From Macrostomum lignano (lineage: Eukaryota), in assembly GCA_002269645.1 (NCBI GenBank), contig NIVC01004054.1:1-62695 (forward strand): DNA of 62,695 nucleotides, read 5' to 3'. Numbering within the stretch: the first letter of the stretch is position 1; each line of letters starts with the position of its first letter. A program made the position numbers and the translations under genes. Below are positions 37,151-49,400 of the stretch, piece after piece. Below the pieces are notes generated by a model. That model was not told where the DNA came from. It made no database searches and saw only the letters and a program-made list of their open reading frames with translations.

Positions 37151-38408
37151 TGTAGTGCATGCGCCCTTGTCAGTTGGCAGGGCGCGTTGCACTTTGGGGC
37201 TGGTTGGGGGGTTGGCGGGCGTGGCAGGGTTTGGCCGCCGGCCGGGCTTTGCGCGTGCCCCTCCCCAGCCGTGCCCCTGCCCCGTGCTCAGGGCTGGTTG
37301 GCTGCGGCCGGGCCAGCTTTGGCGCGGGTGCAGCCCCTCCCCCTTAGGCGGGGTTTTGATTGGCTGGGCCGGCGTGGTTTGTTTTGGTGAGCTTAGCCGG
37401 TGGGGCCGTCTGCCCCAGGGTTTGGGTGCTATTTATGGTGCGACTCTGGCTCTTGCCCACCTCCTGCGTGCTTTTTGTGTTTTGGTGTGCTCCGAGAGTG
37501 CAAGCGCGAGACCTGATAAAAGAAACAGCAACATTAGCTACTTCGATAAAAGAAACAGCAACATTAGCTACTTCGATAAAAGAAACAGCAACATTAGCTA
37601 CTTCGATAAAAGAAACAGCAACATTAGCTACTTCGATAAAAGAAACAGCAACATTAGCTACTTCGATAAAAGAAACAGCAACATTAGCTACTTCGATAAA
37701 AGAAACAGCAACATTAGCTACTTCGATAAAAGAAACAGCAACATTAGCTACTTCGATAAAAGAAACAGCAACATTAGCTACTTCGATAAAAGAAACAGCA
37801 ACATTAGCTACTTCGATAAAAGAAACAGCAACATTAGCTACTTCGATAAAAGAAACAGCAACATTAGCTACTTCGATAAAAGAAACAGCAACATTAGCTA
37901 CTTCGATAAAAGAAACAGCAACATTAGCTACTTCGATAAAAGAAACACAATAGCCTAATCGAGAAGAGTCTTGGAGAATTAAGAAGAAGTCGGAAACTGC
38001 GCTTGAGACCTGCGAATAATAAACGGTGAACAGTCATCTGGCCACTGGTAAGCCGCCTGCTGTTTGAGTCCTTTCTTTTCGGGAAGCTTGCTAGGCCGAA
38101 TTCTTGCCAGAGCGTCATAACGCCGGGAGACCATATAGCTTCTGTAGTACGGTACCGTTTACCATATATATTGCGTACGCCCTACGGTATAGAGAATAGA
38201 AGCACTCGAGAGTGTCACCACACCTCGAGCCGCAGCGTGAACTCTGAGTGTCACAACACCAGAGGGATCGAATTATTATCGCAGAGCGTCGCCACGCCTG
38301 CTCGTCGTATTCATAAAAGTACAGACAGAGCGTCACAACGCCTGTTATATCACATATAATATATATTGTACTCGGGACTGGGCACCCAAGCCGACCCGGG
38401 TCACAACA
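37151..38408 (+). mobile_element. Solo LTR (Gypsy-like), 1258 bp
   Basis: Begins TGTAG and ends CAACA, flanked on both sides by AATA (37147-37150 and 38409-38412) = 4-bp TSD. Internal order: GC box/ATTGG (~37347-37364), TATTTAT (~37429), AATAAA (~38017). Confidence 0.72.
37516..37947. repeat. Perfect 30-nt tandem array (14 copies) inside the solo LTR
   Basis: Unit gataaaagaaacagcaacattagctacttc; no variant seen. Confidence 0.98.
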
Positions 38409-39391
38409 AATACAAGCTAACTAAATAAACTGTTAGGATTTATTGTGATTGACTGTCAATCCCTCCTCCTTCAGTTCGTTGCGTGCTACGCGCGTGCAGG
38501 TGGCACTTGTGACTGTTGCTGAGTTTACTTAGATCTTGAAGCAGCTATGCTGCCAGAGAACTGTTTTAAAAATAGAACCTACACGCTTCACTACATATCC
38601 ATAGCCACCCTTCTCTCTCTCTCAAAAAGTTTTTTCTTGAATGCAATTGCGCGTTTAATTATAGCTCATAAATTGAATTGGCTCCAGTGTACACCACACT
38701 ATACACGGTAGCAAAGTGGGGTAATGTACACATCGCATCTGATATAGCTACGAGTAATGGATATTTTAGACGTTAGTTCCATGTTGGCCGATCCTGTGCC
38801 TTTATCTCACATTGCTATCGAATCTGCACTGATTAGCAATAGGCCTAATTGGCATTGGCACTGTGACCAGTTTTTATCTGCATATCCAAATGAATTGGCG
38901 CAATCAGGCCGCTGCCCTGATTGAACTGTGCCTCCTCCTAGGTAAGTTATAATTGGCCTGTAAATTGGCTTCGAGTTATCGCTTATTGTCAGGTAGCCGG
39001 CACTGGCATGAAAGCGGCGCGGCGGCGGCATCAAACGAACGCCCCGCGATGGCGAGTTCCAAACACACCGGGGGGGGGGGGTTCTACCCCTCCTTCCTTT
39101 GATCTGTGGGACGCCATAAACTCACGGATGCAAAAGAGGCTGCGTGGAAATCACACGCGATGCGGGCCCGTATAGGAAAGAACAGAAACACCGGCTGAAC
39201 AGATAAGACCTAGAGGTGGTAAACTACTCGTAATTACGTACAGTGCGAATGCGAAGGTAAAAGAATCGCAGATGTTATCGATGCGTTTGTATTGTAAGGC
39301 ACAATCTAATTTTGTTTTTTGTTCTTCTGTCCTCTTCGAAAAATCTAAGAGATCATTGAGCAAATTTTCGAGGCTTTACTAAAAATGCATG

Positions 39392-39572
39392 AGTATTTGG
39401 TAGGGCTACGGACTACCGGGTGAGTATTGGGTAGGGCTACGGACTACCGGGTGAGTATTGGGTAAAGTGGCAGACTACTGGGTGAGTATTGGGTAGGGCG
39501 GCAGACTACCGGGTGAGTATTGGGTAGGGCAGCAGACTACCGGGTGAGTATTGGGTAGGGCGGCAGACTACT
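39392..39572. repeat. 31-nt minisatellite
   Basis: Unit gggtgagtattgggtagggcggcagactacc. Confidence 0.9.
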
Positions 39573-39929
39573 GAAAGAGCAAAGTTAGCCAAAATACTGA
39601 CAGTAATGGAGCCCGCTCTGAGCTAGGCAGACTGCCCTTGTCATACAATATCTGAAAGATAATTATGCAGTACCGGGCCTTACTATAGCAAATCGCCCCA
39701 GACTCCATCATCCCTCGAGGCTAGTCGGGAATCCATTTTACAGTAAGGCTGGCATTACAGCTGAAGTGAATAACGAAATCACACGAAACTGTCACCATGG
39801 ACGAGTAGAAAGTCAATCGGAACACACAAAACCGGTTTTGAATTATAACAGATTTTAGAGACACTGGAAACAGAGAGTGGAGAACTCTGCAGAGCAAAGT
39901 CACTGCAGCTTCAAATGGTACTACTCATT

Positions 39930-40270
39930 GTACTCAACAGAAAATTCCGCCCTAGAAATGTCCAATCCAGAATTCAGCGCACCCTACCTACCTGTCACAG
40001 TTTAGATTAGCAAACCATAAACTGTGATGTGAAACAGTGAGGACTACAAGACATAAAGATCCCTTACGAGAACAGGGCCTGTCCAAAGTGCCATGTGGGG
40101 TAGAAAGTGAAGTTCACTTCCTGTTCAAGTGCAGCTGGAACTTTTATAGTGCTCCCCGCGATAAATTTGAACTTAAAACCTCACTGCAGAGGATAAAAAG
40201 TTTACCTAATGACTCAAGAAGATGGATAAACAATGAAAGTTCTAGCAAAACTCTTCAAATACATGACGCT
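39930..40270 (+). mobile_element. 3' terminal fragment of a LINE (Cys/His knuckle)
   Basis: Across frames: FRLANHKL.CET.R, ENRACPKC, VESEVHFLFKC..YS..RDKF. Confidence 0.55.
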
Positions 40271-40493
40271 AGCTAGGATGCAGAAAAAAGCTTGAATAAT
40301 CTGCTAGCGCACGAGATTTTATCTCGAGTCACTTCGAGAAATATTCTTCATTCCCTAACTTTCTGAATTTATTTTTTTACTGTATTAATCAGTTTGCGTT
40401 TGCTTCTGATAAATATTAACATAAAATATAAAAATCAGCACCTTCGGAGTTCGAATTTATTAGCAATAAAACCTATCATAATCGAATTCGCAG

Positions 40494-43400
40494 GAGCTGC
40501 AGTCAACCAGTCATCCGGCAACTCGCGGAGCCTGAACGAACTCAAAGTGAGGTCATGGGCCTGTCTCGTGGCGACCGGTGCAGCCGCAGCAGCCACAGCG
40601 CCTGTCAAAAGGGCCTGGAGTATCGCGGCATTGACTGCACCTGTCACAGGTGTCCGCAAGCCGGCGAGAGGCCCAGCCATCCGGTCCAGAGAGTCAGGCT
40701 GCGCTGCATCAGCCTCTTGAGTCTGTGCGAGCCACCCGAGGTCACAACTGCGAGTGTGTTTGACTTCGGAATGGAAATCGGTCAGGAGAGGAGTGGGTCA
40801 GAAGAGAGTGGGTCAGGAGAGAGTGGGTCAGGAGAGGAGTGGGTCAGGAGAGAGTGGGTCAGGAGAGAGTGGGTCAGGAGAGGAGTGGATCAGGAGAGGA
40901 GTGGATCAGGATCGAGGAGTGGGTCAGAAGAGAGTGGGTCAGGAGAGAGTGGGTCAGGAGAGAGTGGGTCAGGAGAGAGTGGGTCAGGAGAGGAGTGGGT
41001 CAGGAGAGGAGTGGATCAGGATCGAGGAGTGGGTCAGAAGAGAGTGGGTCAGGAGAGAGTGGGTCAGGAGAGAGTGGGTCAGGAGAGGAGTGGGTCAGGA
41101 GAGAGTGGGTCAGGAGAGAGTGGGTCAGGAGAGAGTGGGTCAGGAAAGAGTGGGTCAGGAGAGGAGTGGGTCAGGAGAGAGTGGGTCAGGAGAGGAGTGG
41201 GTCAGGAGAGAGTGGGTCAGGAGAGAGTGGGTCAGGAGAGGAGTGGGTCAGGAGAGGAGTGGGTCAGGAGAGAGTGGGTCAGGAGAGGAGTGGGTCAGGA
41301 GAGGAGGGGGTCAGGAGAGGAGTGGATCAGGATCGAGGAGTGGGTCAGAAGAGAGTGGGTCAGAAGAGAGTGGGTCAGGAGAGAGTGGGTCAGGAGAGAG
41401 TGGGTCAGGAGAGAGTGGGTCAGGAGAGGAGTGGGTCAGGAGAGGAGTGGGTCAGAAGAGAGTGGGTCAGGAGAGGAGTGGGTCAGGAGAGGAGGGGGTC
41501 AGGAGAGGAGTGGATCAGGATCGAGGAGTGGGTCAGAAGAGAGTGGGTCAGGAGAGAGTGGGTCAGAAGAAAGTGGGTCAGGAGAGAGTGGGTCAGGAGA
41601 GGAGTGGGTCAGGAGAGAGTGGGTCAGGAGAGAGTGGGTCAGGAGAGGAGTGGGTCAGGAGAGAGTGGGTCAGGAGAGAGTGGGTCAGGAGAGAGTGGGT
41701 CAGGAGAGAGTGGGTCAGGAGAGAGTGGGTCAGGAAAGAGTGGGTCAGGAGAGGAGTGGGTCAGGAGAGAGTGGGTCAGGAGAGAGTGGGTCAGGAGAGG
41801 AGTGGGTCAGGAGAGAGTGGGTCAGGAAAGAGTGGGTCAGGAGAGAGTGGGTCAGGAGAGGAGTGGGTCAGGAGAGAGTGGGTCAGGAAAGAGTGGGTCA
41901 GGAGAGGAGTGGGTCAGGAGAGAGTGGGTCAGGAGAGAGTGGGTCAGGAGAGGAGTGGGTCAGGAAAGAGTGGGTCAGGAGAGGAGTGGGTCAGGAGAGA
42001 GTGGGTCAGGAGAGAGTGGGTCAGGAGAGGAGTGGGTCAGGAGAGAGTGGGTCAGGAGAGGAGTGGGTCAGGAGAGAGTGGGTCAGGAAAGAGTGGGTCA
42101 GGAGAGGAGTGGGTCAGGAGAGAGTGGGTCAGGAGAGGAGTGGGTTAGGAGAGAGTGGGTCAGGAGAGGAGTGGGTCAGGAGAGGAATGGGTCAGGAGAG
42201 AGTGGGTCAGGAGAGGAGTGGGTCAGGAGAGAGTGGGTCAGGAGAGGAGTGGGTCAGTGCTTTAATAAAAAGAGTAATTTAGCTGCATCATGAGGTCTAT
42301 CTCAATAATAAAATCTGAGCAAGGCAGAAAGTGTTCGAAATTTACTTACTAAGTAGTGGAAAGGTGGAACGAACGCTGCTCAAACCGAGACAGACACGGG
42401 GACCCACATTTCTTACAGGTGCTCTATACACAACTTACAGGGTAAAGGTGCTGCAGCGAAGGCTGTTATTTTGTCTCAGTAGTGCTATTGATTGAGCTGA
42501 AAGTGTTGAAAGCACAATTAAAGATGAGTTCAATAAGAGGGCTCTGTCCGCTAAACGCTGATTGAAAAACAGGTTAATATGTGGGGAGGCGAAACTTCCA
42601 GCTAAAACGTATAAGCGACTGCATCGCAATTAATGACTTTGATTACAGGTAAACAGCAGTCACGAGAGAATTTCCAAGAAAATATTTCTTTAGCAATTCG
42701 GGTCTTTGTTTGTTGCTTTTGACTGACTTGTGAAAATTTGAGACAACGTCAGGGCTCCCTTTTATTATTATCGATTTGAGCTGCCCTGTAAGCACCTGCT
42801 CCAGTAGAAGGGACCGCGGAATTGTTTTCGAAGAAGTTTTAGACTGTCTTGACACTCCGTATGTGAATGTTTCCTTGTAATTAATAGTTCACTGCAAACT
42901 TTTATCGACTGCACGCTGATCTGTGCCATAGCGACCACTTAATCTGAGTCAGTTATCAGCTGATCTAAGCCAAAGACACGGGTCTGGGCCATAGACATTA
43001 GCTTACCTAAGCCAAAGGGTCTGGGCCATAGGCACTATAGCTTATCTAAGCCAAAGACACGGGTCTGGACCATTTTTTTTAGAGGCAGGGGGTTTGTGTG
43101 CACCCTGGCGCACTTTAAGCGACATAGGCACACAACCGGCGAGAGGCATTACTGCCCATTCCGCCGACTCCCCTGAGCAGGCATACAAGCGCGCGGATAC
43201 GTACGCAGGCACACACTCACACAGGAGTGTACAGCGGCCCTAACTTTATTTTATCGTTAGGCATTTACACTTCACTGCGCCTTGGGCGGTTGGCTCTCAA
43301 GGCCGTTAATTGCACGAGCAGAGCCAAGCCGAGATTCCAATTCAGCCCCAAATTAATGTGACTGCACTTGGAATCGAGCCTGGGCCGCTGGTACACCAGA

Positions 43401-46400
43401 GCCTGCGCTAGACCGCTGGGCTACGGCCCCCCAAAAGGTCTGGACCATAGAGATTAGCTTATCTAAGCCAACGGGTCTGGGCCATAGACATTATAGCTTA
43501 TCTAAGCCAAAGACATGGGTCTGGGCCATAGACACTATAACTTATCTGGGCCATAGACACTATAGCTTATCTGGGCCATAGACACAAAGAGACGGTATGT
43601 TCTGCACCATAAACAACAGCTGATTTGGGTGATTGATAAATTTCGTAGAAAGTCGCACTTTTGAAGCAAGTTCACATATTTTGATAATCTACAGTAGCAC
43701 TCATTTTTCTGAAGTTTGCAAGGAGCTTAGAGTGAGCGCCAAGCGTGTGGTGCATAAATACCGGTACATAGTCATGAATACATAGTAAAACGACGGAGAC
43801 GGACGGGAGTGCAATCTAATTGTAACTGAGGTGAGAAGTGAGAGCTCAAGAACTTTCCGAGTTAACCAAACCGTCTGCCCCAGTCGGTTGGAAATCAAGC
43901 TGACAAGCTCTAAGAGGTACTCGACACGGAGACGACTGGGTCGAGAGAGCACTTTGAGCTAATATGACTCATGAAGTAGTCATTAACAATGAGAGCATAT
44001 GCCGCATGCCAAATGCGGTCGTGGGTTCCCCAGCGCGAAGGAATCTGCGGGTATTTTTAGCCCAATTACTAGCAATCTTCGCCCCCCGATGGGGGGCATC
44101 TAGATAGAATCTCTGGCACTCTACAAGTATCAAAAAGACGGCCAAATAAAGCCTTCACATAGACAATAGAAAAACTGCTCAAATGAAGTGCAATGCAAAA
44201 AAATATCCCAGGACAGCAAGCAACCCCCCAGATAGCAAGCACCCCCAGATAGCAAGCATCCACCTAATAGCAAGCACCCTTAGATAGCAAGCATCCCCAG
44301 ATAGCAAGCACCCTTGGATAGCAAGGCAAGCATCTCCAGATAGCAAGCACCCCCAGATAGCAGGCACCCCAGATAGCAAGCATCCACCTAATAGCAAGCA
44401 CCCCAAGATAGCAAGCATCCACCTAATAGCAAGCACCCTTAGATAGCAAGCACCCCCAGATAGCAAGCACCCCCAGATAGCAAGCACGTCAAGTAGCAAG
44501 CATCTCTAGATAGCAAGCACCCCCAGATAGCAGGCACCCCAGATAGCAAGCATCCACCTAATAGCAAGCACCCCAAGATAGCAAGCATCCACCTAATAGC
44601 AAGCACCCTTAGATAGCAAGCACCCCCAGATAGCAAGCACCCCCAGATAGCAAGCATCTCCAGAGTAGCAAGCATCTCTAGATAGCAAGCACCCCCAGAT
44701 AGCAGGCACCCCAGATAGCAAGCATCCACCTAATAGCAAGCACCCCAAGATAGCAAGCATCCACCTAATAGCAAGCACCCTTAGATAGCAAGCACCCCCA
44801 GATAGCAAGCACCCCCAGATAGCAAGCATCTCCAGATAGCAAGCACCCCCAGATAGCAAGCATCCACCTAATAGCAAGCACCCCCAGATAGCAAGCATCC
44901 ACCTAATAGCAAGCACCCCCAGATAGCAAGCATCCACCTAATAGCAAGCACCCCCAGATAGCAAGCACCCCCAGATAGCAAGCACCCCCAGATAGCAAGC
45001 ATCTCTAGATAGCAAGCACCCCCAGATAGCAGGCACCCCAGATAGCAAGCATCCACCTAATAGCAAGCACCCCCAGATAGCAAGCATCTCCAGATAGCAA
45101 GCACCCCCAGATAGCAGGCACCCCAGATAGCAAGCATCCACCTAATAGCAAGCACACCCAGATAGCAAGCACCCCCAGATAGCAAGAACCCCCAGATAGC
45201 AGGCACCCCAGATAGCAAGCATCCACCTAATAGCAAGCACCCCCAGATAGCAAGCACCCCCAGATAGCAAGCACCCCCAGATAGCAAGCACCCCCAGATA
45301 GCACGCATCTCCAGATAGCAAGCACTCCAAGATAGCAGGCACCCCAGATAGCAAGCATCCACCTAATAGCAAGCACCCCCAGATAGCTAGAACCCCAAGA
45401 TAGCAAGCATCCCCCCAGATAGCAAGCACCCCCAGATAGCACGCATCTCCAGATAGCAAGCACTCCAAGATAGTAGGCACCCCATTTATGTTTGACATGG
45501 TAGCTGTTTTGTGTCTGACATGGTGGCTCTTTAATGTTTGAGCTGGTGGCTCTTTTATGTTTGACATGGTGGCACTTTAATGTCTGAAATGGAGTCATGT
45601 ATACGCTTGACATGGTGACTCGTAGATGTTTGACAAAGTGGCTCTTTTATGTTCGACATGTGGCTCTTTAATGTTTGACATGGTGGCTCTTTAATGTTTG
45701 ACATGGTGGCTCTTTAATGTTTGACATGGTGGCTCTTTAATGTTTGACATGGTGGGTCTTTAATTTATGACATGGTGGCTCTTTTATGTTTGACATGATG
45801 GCTCTTTAATGTTCAACATGGTGGCTGTTTAATGTTTGTTATGTAGTCATATGTATATGTTTTACATGGTGGCTCTTTTATGTGTGACATGGAGTCACGT
45901 ATATATTTGACATGGAGTCACATATGTTTGACATGGTGGCTCTTTAGTGTTCGATATGGTGGCTCTTTAATGTTTGACATGGTGGCTCTTTTATGTTTGA
46001 CATAGTGGCTCTTTAATGTCTGACATGGTGGCTCTTTAATGTTTGACATGGTGGCTCTTTTATGTTTGACATGATGGCTCTTTAATGTTCGACATGGTGG
46101 GCTGTTTAATGTTTGTTATGTAGTCATATGTATATGTTTTACATGGTGGCCCTTTTATGTGTGACATGGAGGCCCTTATATATTCGACATGGAGTCACAT
46201 ATGTTTGACATGGTGGCTCTTTAGTGTTCGATATGGTGGCTCTTTAATATTTGACATGGTGGCTCTTTAATGTTTGACATGGTGGCTCTTTAATGTTTGA
46301 CATGGTGGCTCTTTTATGTTCGACATGTTGGCTCTTTAGTGTTTGACATGGCTCTTTAATGTTTGACATGGTGGCTCTTTTATGCTTGACATGGTGGCTC

Positions 46401-49400
46401 TTTAATGTTCGACATGGTGGCTCTTTAATGTTTGACATGGTGGCTCTTTTATGCTTGACATGGTGGCTCTTTAATGTTCGACATGGTGGCTCTTTAATGT
46501 TTGACATGGTGGCTCTTTTATGCTTGACATGGTGGCTCTTTTATGTTCGACATGGTGGCTCTTTTTTGTTCTACATGGTAACTCTTTTATGTTTGATACG
46601 GTGGCTTTTTAATATCTGACATTGTGGCTCTTCTATGTTTGACATTGTGGCTCTTTTATGTTCGACATGGTGGCTCTTTAATGTTTGACATGGTGGCTCT
46701 TTAATGTACGACATAAAGGTTCGTTTATTTTCGACATGGTGGCTCTTTTAGGTTTGACATGGTAGCTCTTTTATGTTCGACATGGTGGCTCTTTTAGGTT
46801 TGACATGGTGGCTCTTTTAGGTTTGACATGGTAGCTCTTTTATGTTCGACATGGTGGCTCTTAAATGTTTCACATGATGGCTCTTAAATGTCTTACATGG
46901 TGGCTCTTTTATGTTTGACAATGTGGCTCTTTAATGTTTTACATGGCGGCTCTTTTATGTTCGAAATGGTGGCTCTTTAATGTTCGACATGGTGGCTCTT
47001 TAATGTTTGACATGCTAGCTCTTTAATGTTCGACATAGTGGCTCTTTTATGTTTGGCATGGTGGCTCTTTAATGTTCTTCATGGTGGCTCTTTTACGTTT
47101 GACATGGTGGCACTTTAATGTTCGACGTGGTGGCTCTTTAATGTTCGAAATGGTGACTCTTTAATGTTTCACATGGTGGCTCTTTAATGTTTGACATAGA
47201 GTCACGTATTTGTTTTACATGGTGCCCATGTAATGTTTGACATGGTGCCTCTTTTATGTTTGACATTGTGCTTTTTTATGTTTAGCAGTTTCGTGTTTTC
47301 AAGGTGTTTTATAAAAAAATTATTTTGCACTACTAAGATTCGAACCCAGGTCGCTACGTTGGCAGTCCAGTCTGTTCGTATCTAGGCTATCTCTTTTCAA
47401 TTGGAGTACATGAATTGTGGCCCTTATAATTAAATTCTTACAGCAAGTCAATTGGGGTAAAAAGTTATGACATAATCAATTTCTCAGTCAGCCAGTATCA
47501 GTCTCAGTTCAAGTTAGCAATATTGGTTACGCAATTTTAATCAAGTCGTGTGTGCATTTCTTCGGCACTGTTTTCAACTTGTTGTGATGCAATCTTTATG
47601 ACAATCAGAATTCAGCCAGTCAGTTTTTTTCTCTAGCATTCTTACAATGAATTTTAGGTCGAAAGAGCTGCTTGACCTTTGCAAAAAAGCATGTTTTTCG
47701 AATATTTAATCCCTTTATCATTGAGCAATTTTTTAGCCAAGATGCATGTACCGTCCCAGGAAAATTTCTGATCGAATGGTGCAAGTTTGAAGAAAATCGG
47801 TTGAGCCATTTTTTCTGAAATCTATCGCATACCTACCCACATACAGACAACTCATTTTTAGTATATAGGATGCTCCTGCCGTTCAGATATCTGGTCTAAA
47901 TGTCTGAGCAGTGTCTGAGCACTAATCCTTGTGGAGTTCAATAGAGCAGAACAAGAAATACGAGTCCGGAGTCTGCAAACCGCCGGGGTCTGAGTCGTCT
48001 GAAAGATATTCGCTATTACCAGATACAGCATATAATGCCACATGCAGCTAAAGTCCTACCTGAATCAAGCGTGTGGATGTCGGTAACAGTTTACGGTCAT
48101 TAGCGTTGACCAAGAATTGCACTGTATGGAAATGTGTATGAGATAATTGGTTTTCACTTCTGCAAAGGATTTATCAGGTCAGCTAAAGCCCTTTAAACAC
48201 GTATCTTCAGGTGAGCTAGCCCTACAGGTAACACCACTACCTAACACCAAATTTAGTATGCAGGTAAGATAAGACAGAAAAGTCAGGTACCGTGAACCAC
48301 ATCCGGGACGATAAGGTCACAAATCATCGATTATCAGATGGAATGAAACCACCAAATAATCAGATTGGATTTCATCAGATGTGCTAACCTGCGATGAACT
48401 CAATACTCAAATTTGCAGGCCCCCTCAACCAGCTGTCCTGCCAGAGGGCCTACCTGGGTAGCGAGGCAGCCTGCGGCACGGCTGCGGTCCGAGGCTGCCC
48501 GGCCGACAGCTACCTGACCCGGGGTTGCTCCTGTGAGATGTGCCCGAGCCGAACGACTTTCAGCAGCGGCTTCGAACTGGACTGCCTGCAGCTGCTGGGC
48601 TTCTGCCAAGGTGCCCAACTTCTTGCGGGCGGCGAGACTGGGACAAATCCTGACCAGGCGACGACTACCCTCAGCGAACCAAGTGTGATTGTTAGGACAC
48701 TATCGACAGCTGTTTCCGGTTTGTCAGTTATGGATGAGCTTCTTAGTGCCTAATGCCTCCCGGTTCCCTCCCGGTTCCCTCCCGGTTCCCTCCCGGTTCC
48801 CTCCCGGTTCCCTCCCGGTTCCCTCCCGGTTCCCTCCCGGTTCCCTCCCGGTTCCCTCCCGGTTCCCTCCCGGTTCCCTCCCGGTTCCCTCCCGGTTCCC
48901 TCCCGGTTCCCTCCCGGTTCCCTCCCGGTTCCCTCCCGGTTCCCTCCCGGTTCCCTCCCGGTTCCCTCCCGGTTCCCTCCCGGTTCCCTCCCGGTTCCCT
49001 CCCGGTTCCCTCCCGGTTCCCTCCCGGTTCCCTCCCGGTTCCCTCCCGGTTCCCTCCCGGTTCCCTCCCGGTTCCCTCCCGGTTCCCTCCCGGTTCCCTC
49101 CCGGTTCCCTCCCGGTTCCCTCCCGGTTCCCTCCCGGTTCCCTCCCGGTTCCCTCCCGGTTCCCTCCCGGTTCCCTCCCGGTTCCCTCCCGGTTCCCTCC
49201 CGGTTCCCTCCCGGTTCCCTCCCGGTTCCCTCCCGGTTCCCTCCCGGTTCCCTCCCGGTTCCCTCCCGGTTCCCTCCCGGTTCCCTCCCGGTTCCCTCCC
49301 GGTTCCCTCCCGGTTCCCTCCCGGTTCCCTCCCGGTTCCCTCCCGGTTCCCTCCAGGTTCCCTCCAGGTTCCCTCCCGGTTCCCTCCCGGTTCCCTCCCG

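Noticed and set aside
37155-37958. Neuropeptide-precursor-like ORF (hydrophobic stretch then KR-NSNISYFD-KR x14), and in another frame a signal-peptide-like MVRLWLL..VQA + (IKETATLATS)n
   Set aside because: It lies inside a TSD-flanked solo LTR. The KR frame has no ATG, the other ATG overlaps the TATA-like box, units are identical at the nucleotide level with no synonymous variation, and there is no amidation Gly. Worth revisiting only if peptidomics or spliced cDNA supports it.
38108-38408. CRISPR-like repeat-spacer array
   Set aside because: Repeats are only ~17 nt and degenerate, spacers are 19-83 nt, there are no cas genes, and the context is a eukaryotic LTR.
40781-42293. Three-frame ORFs of 460-575 aa (ESGSG/ERVGQ/EWVRR)
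   Set aside because: Stop-free 15-nt intronic satellite.
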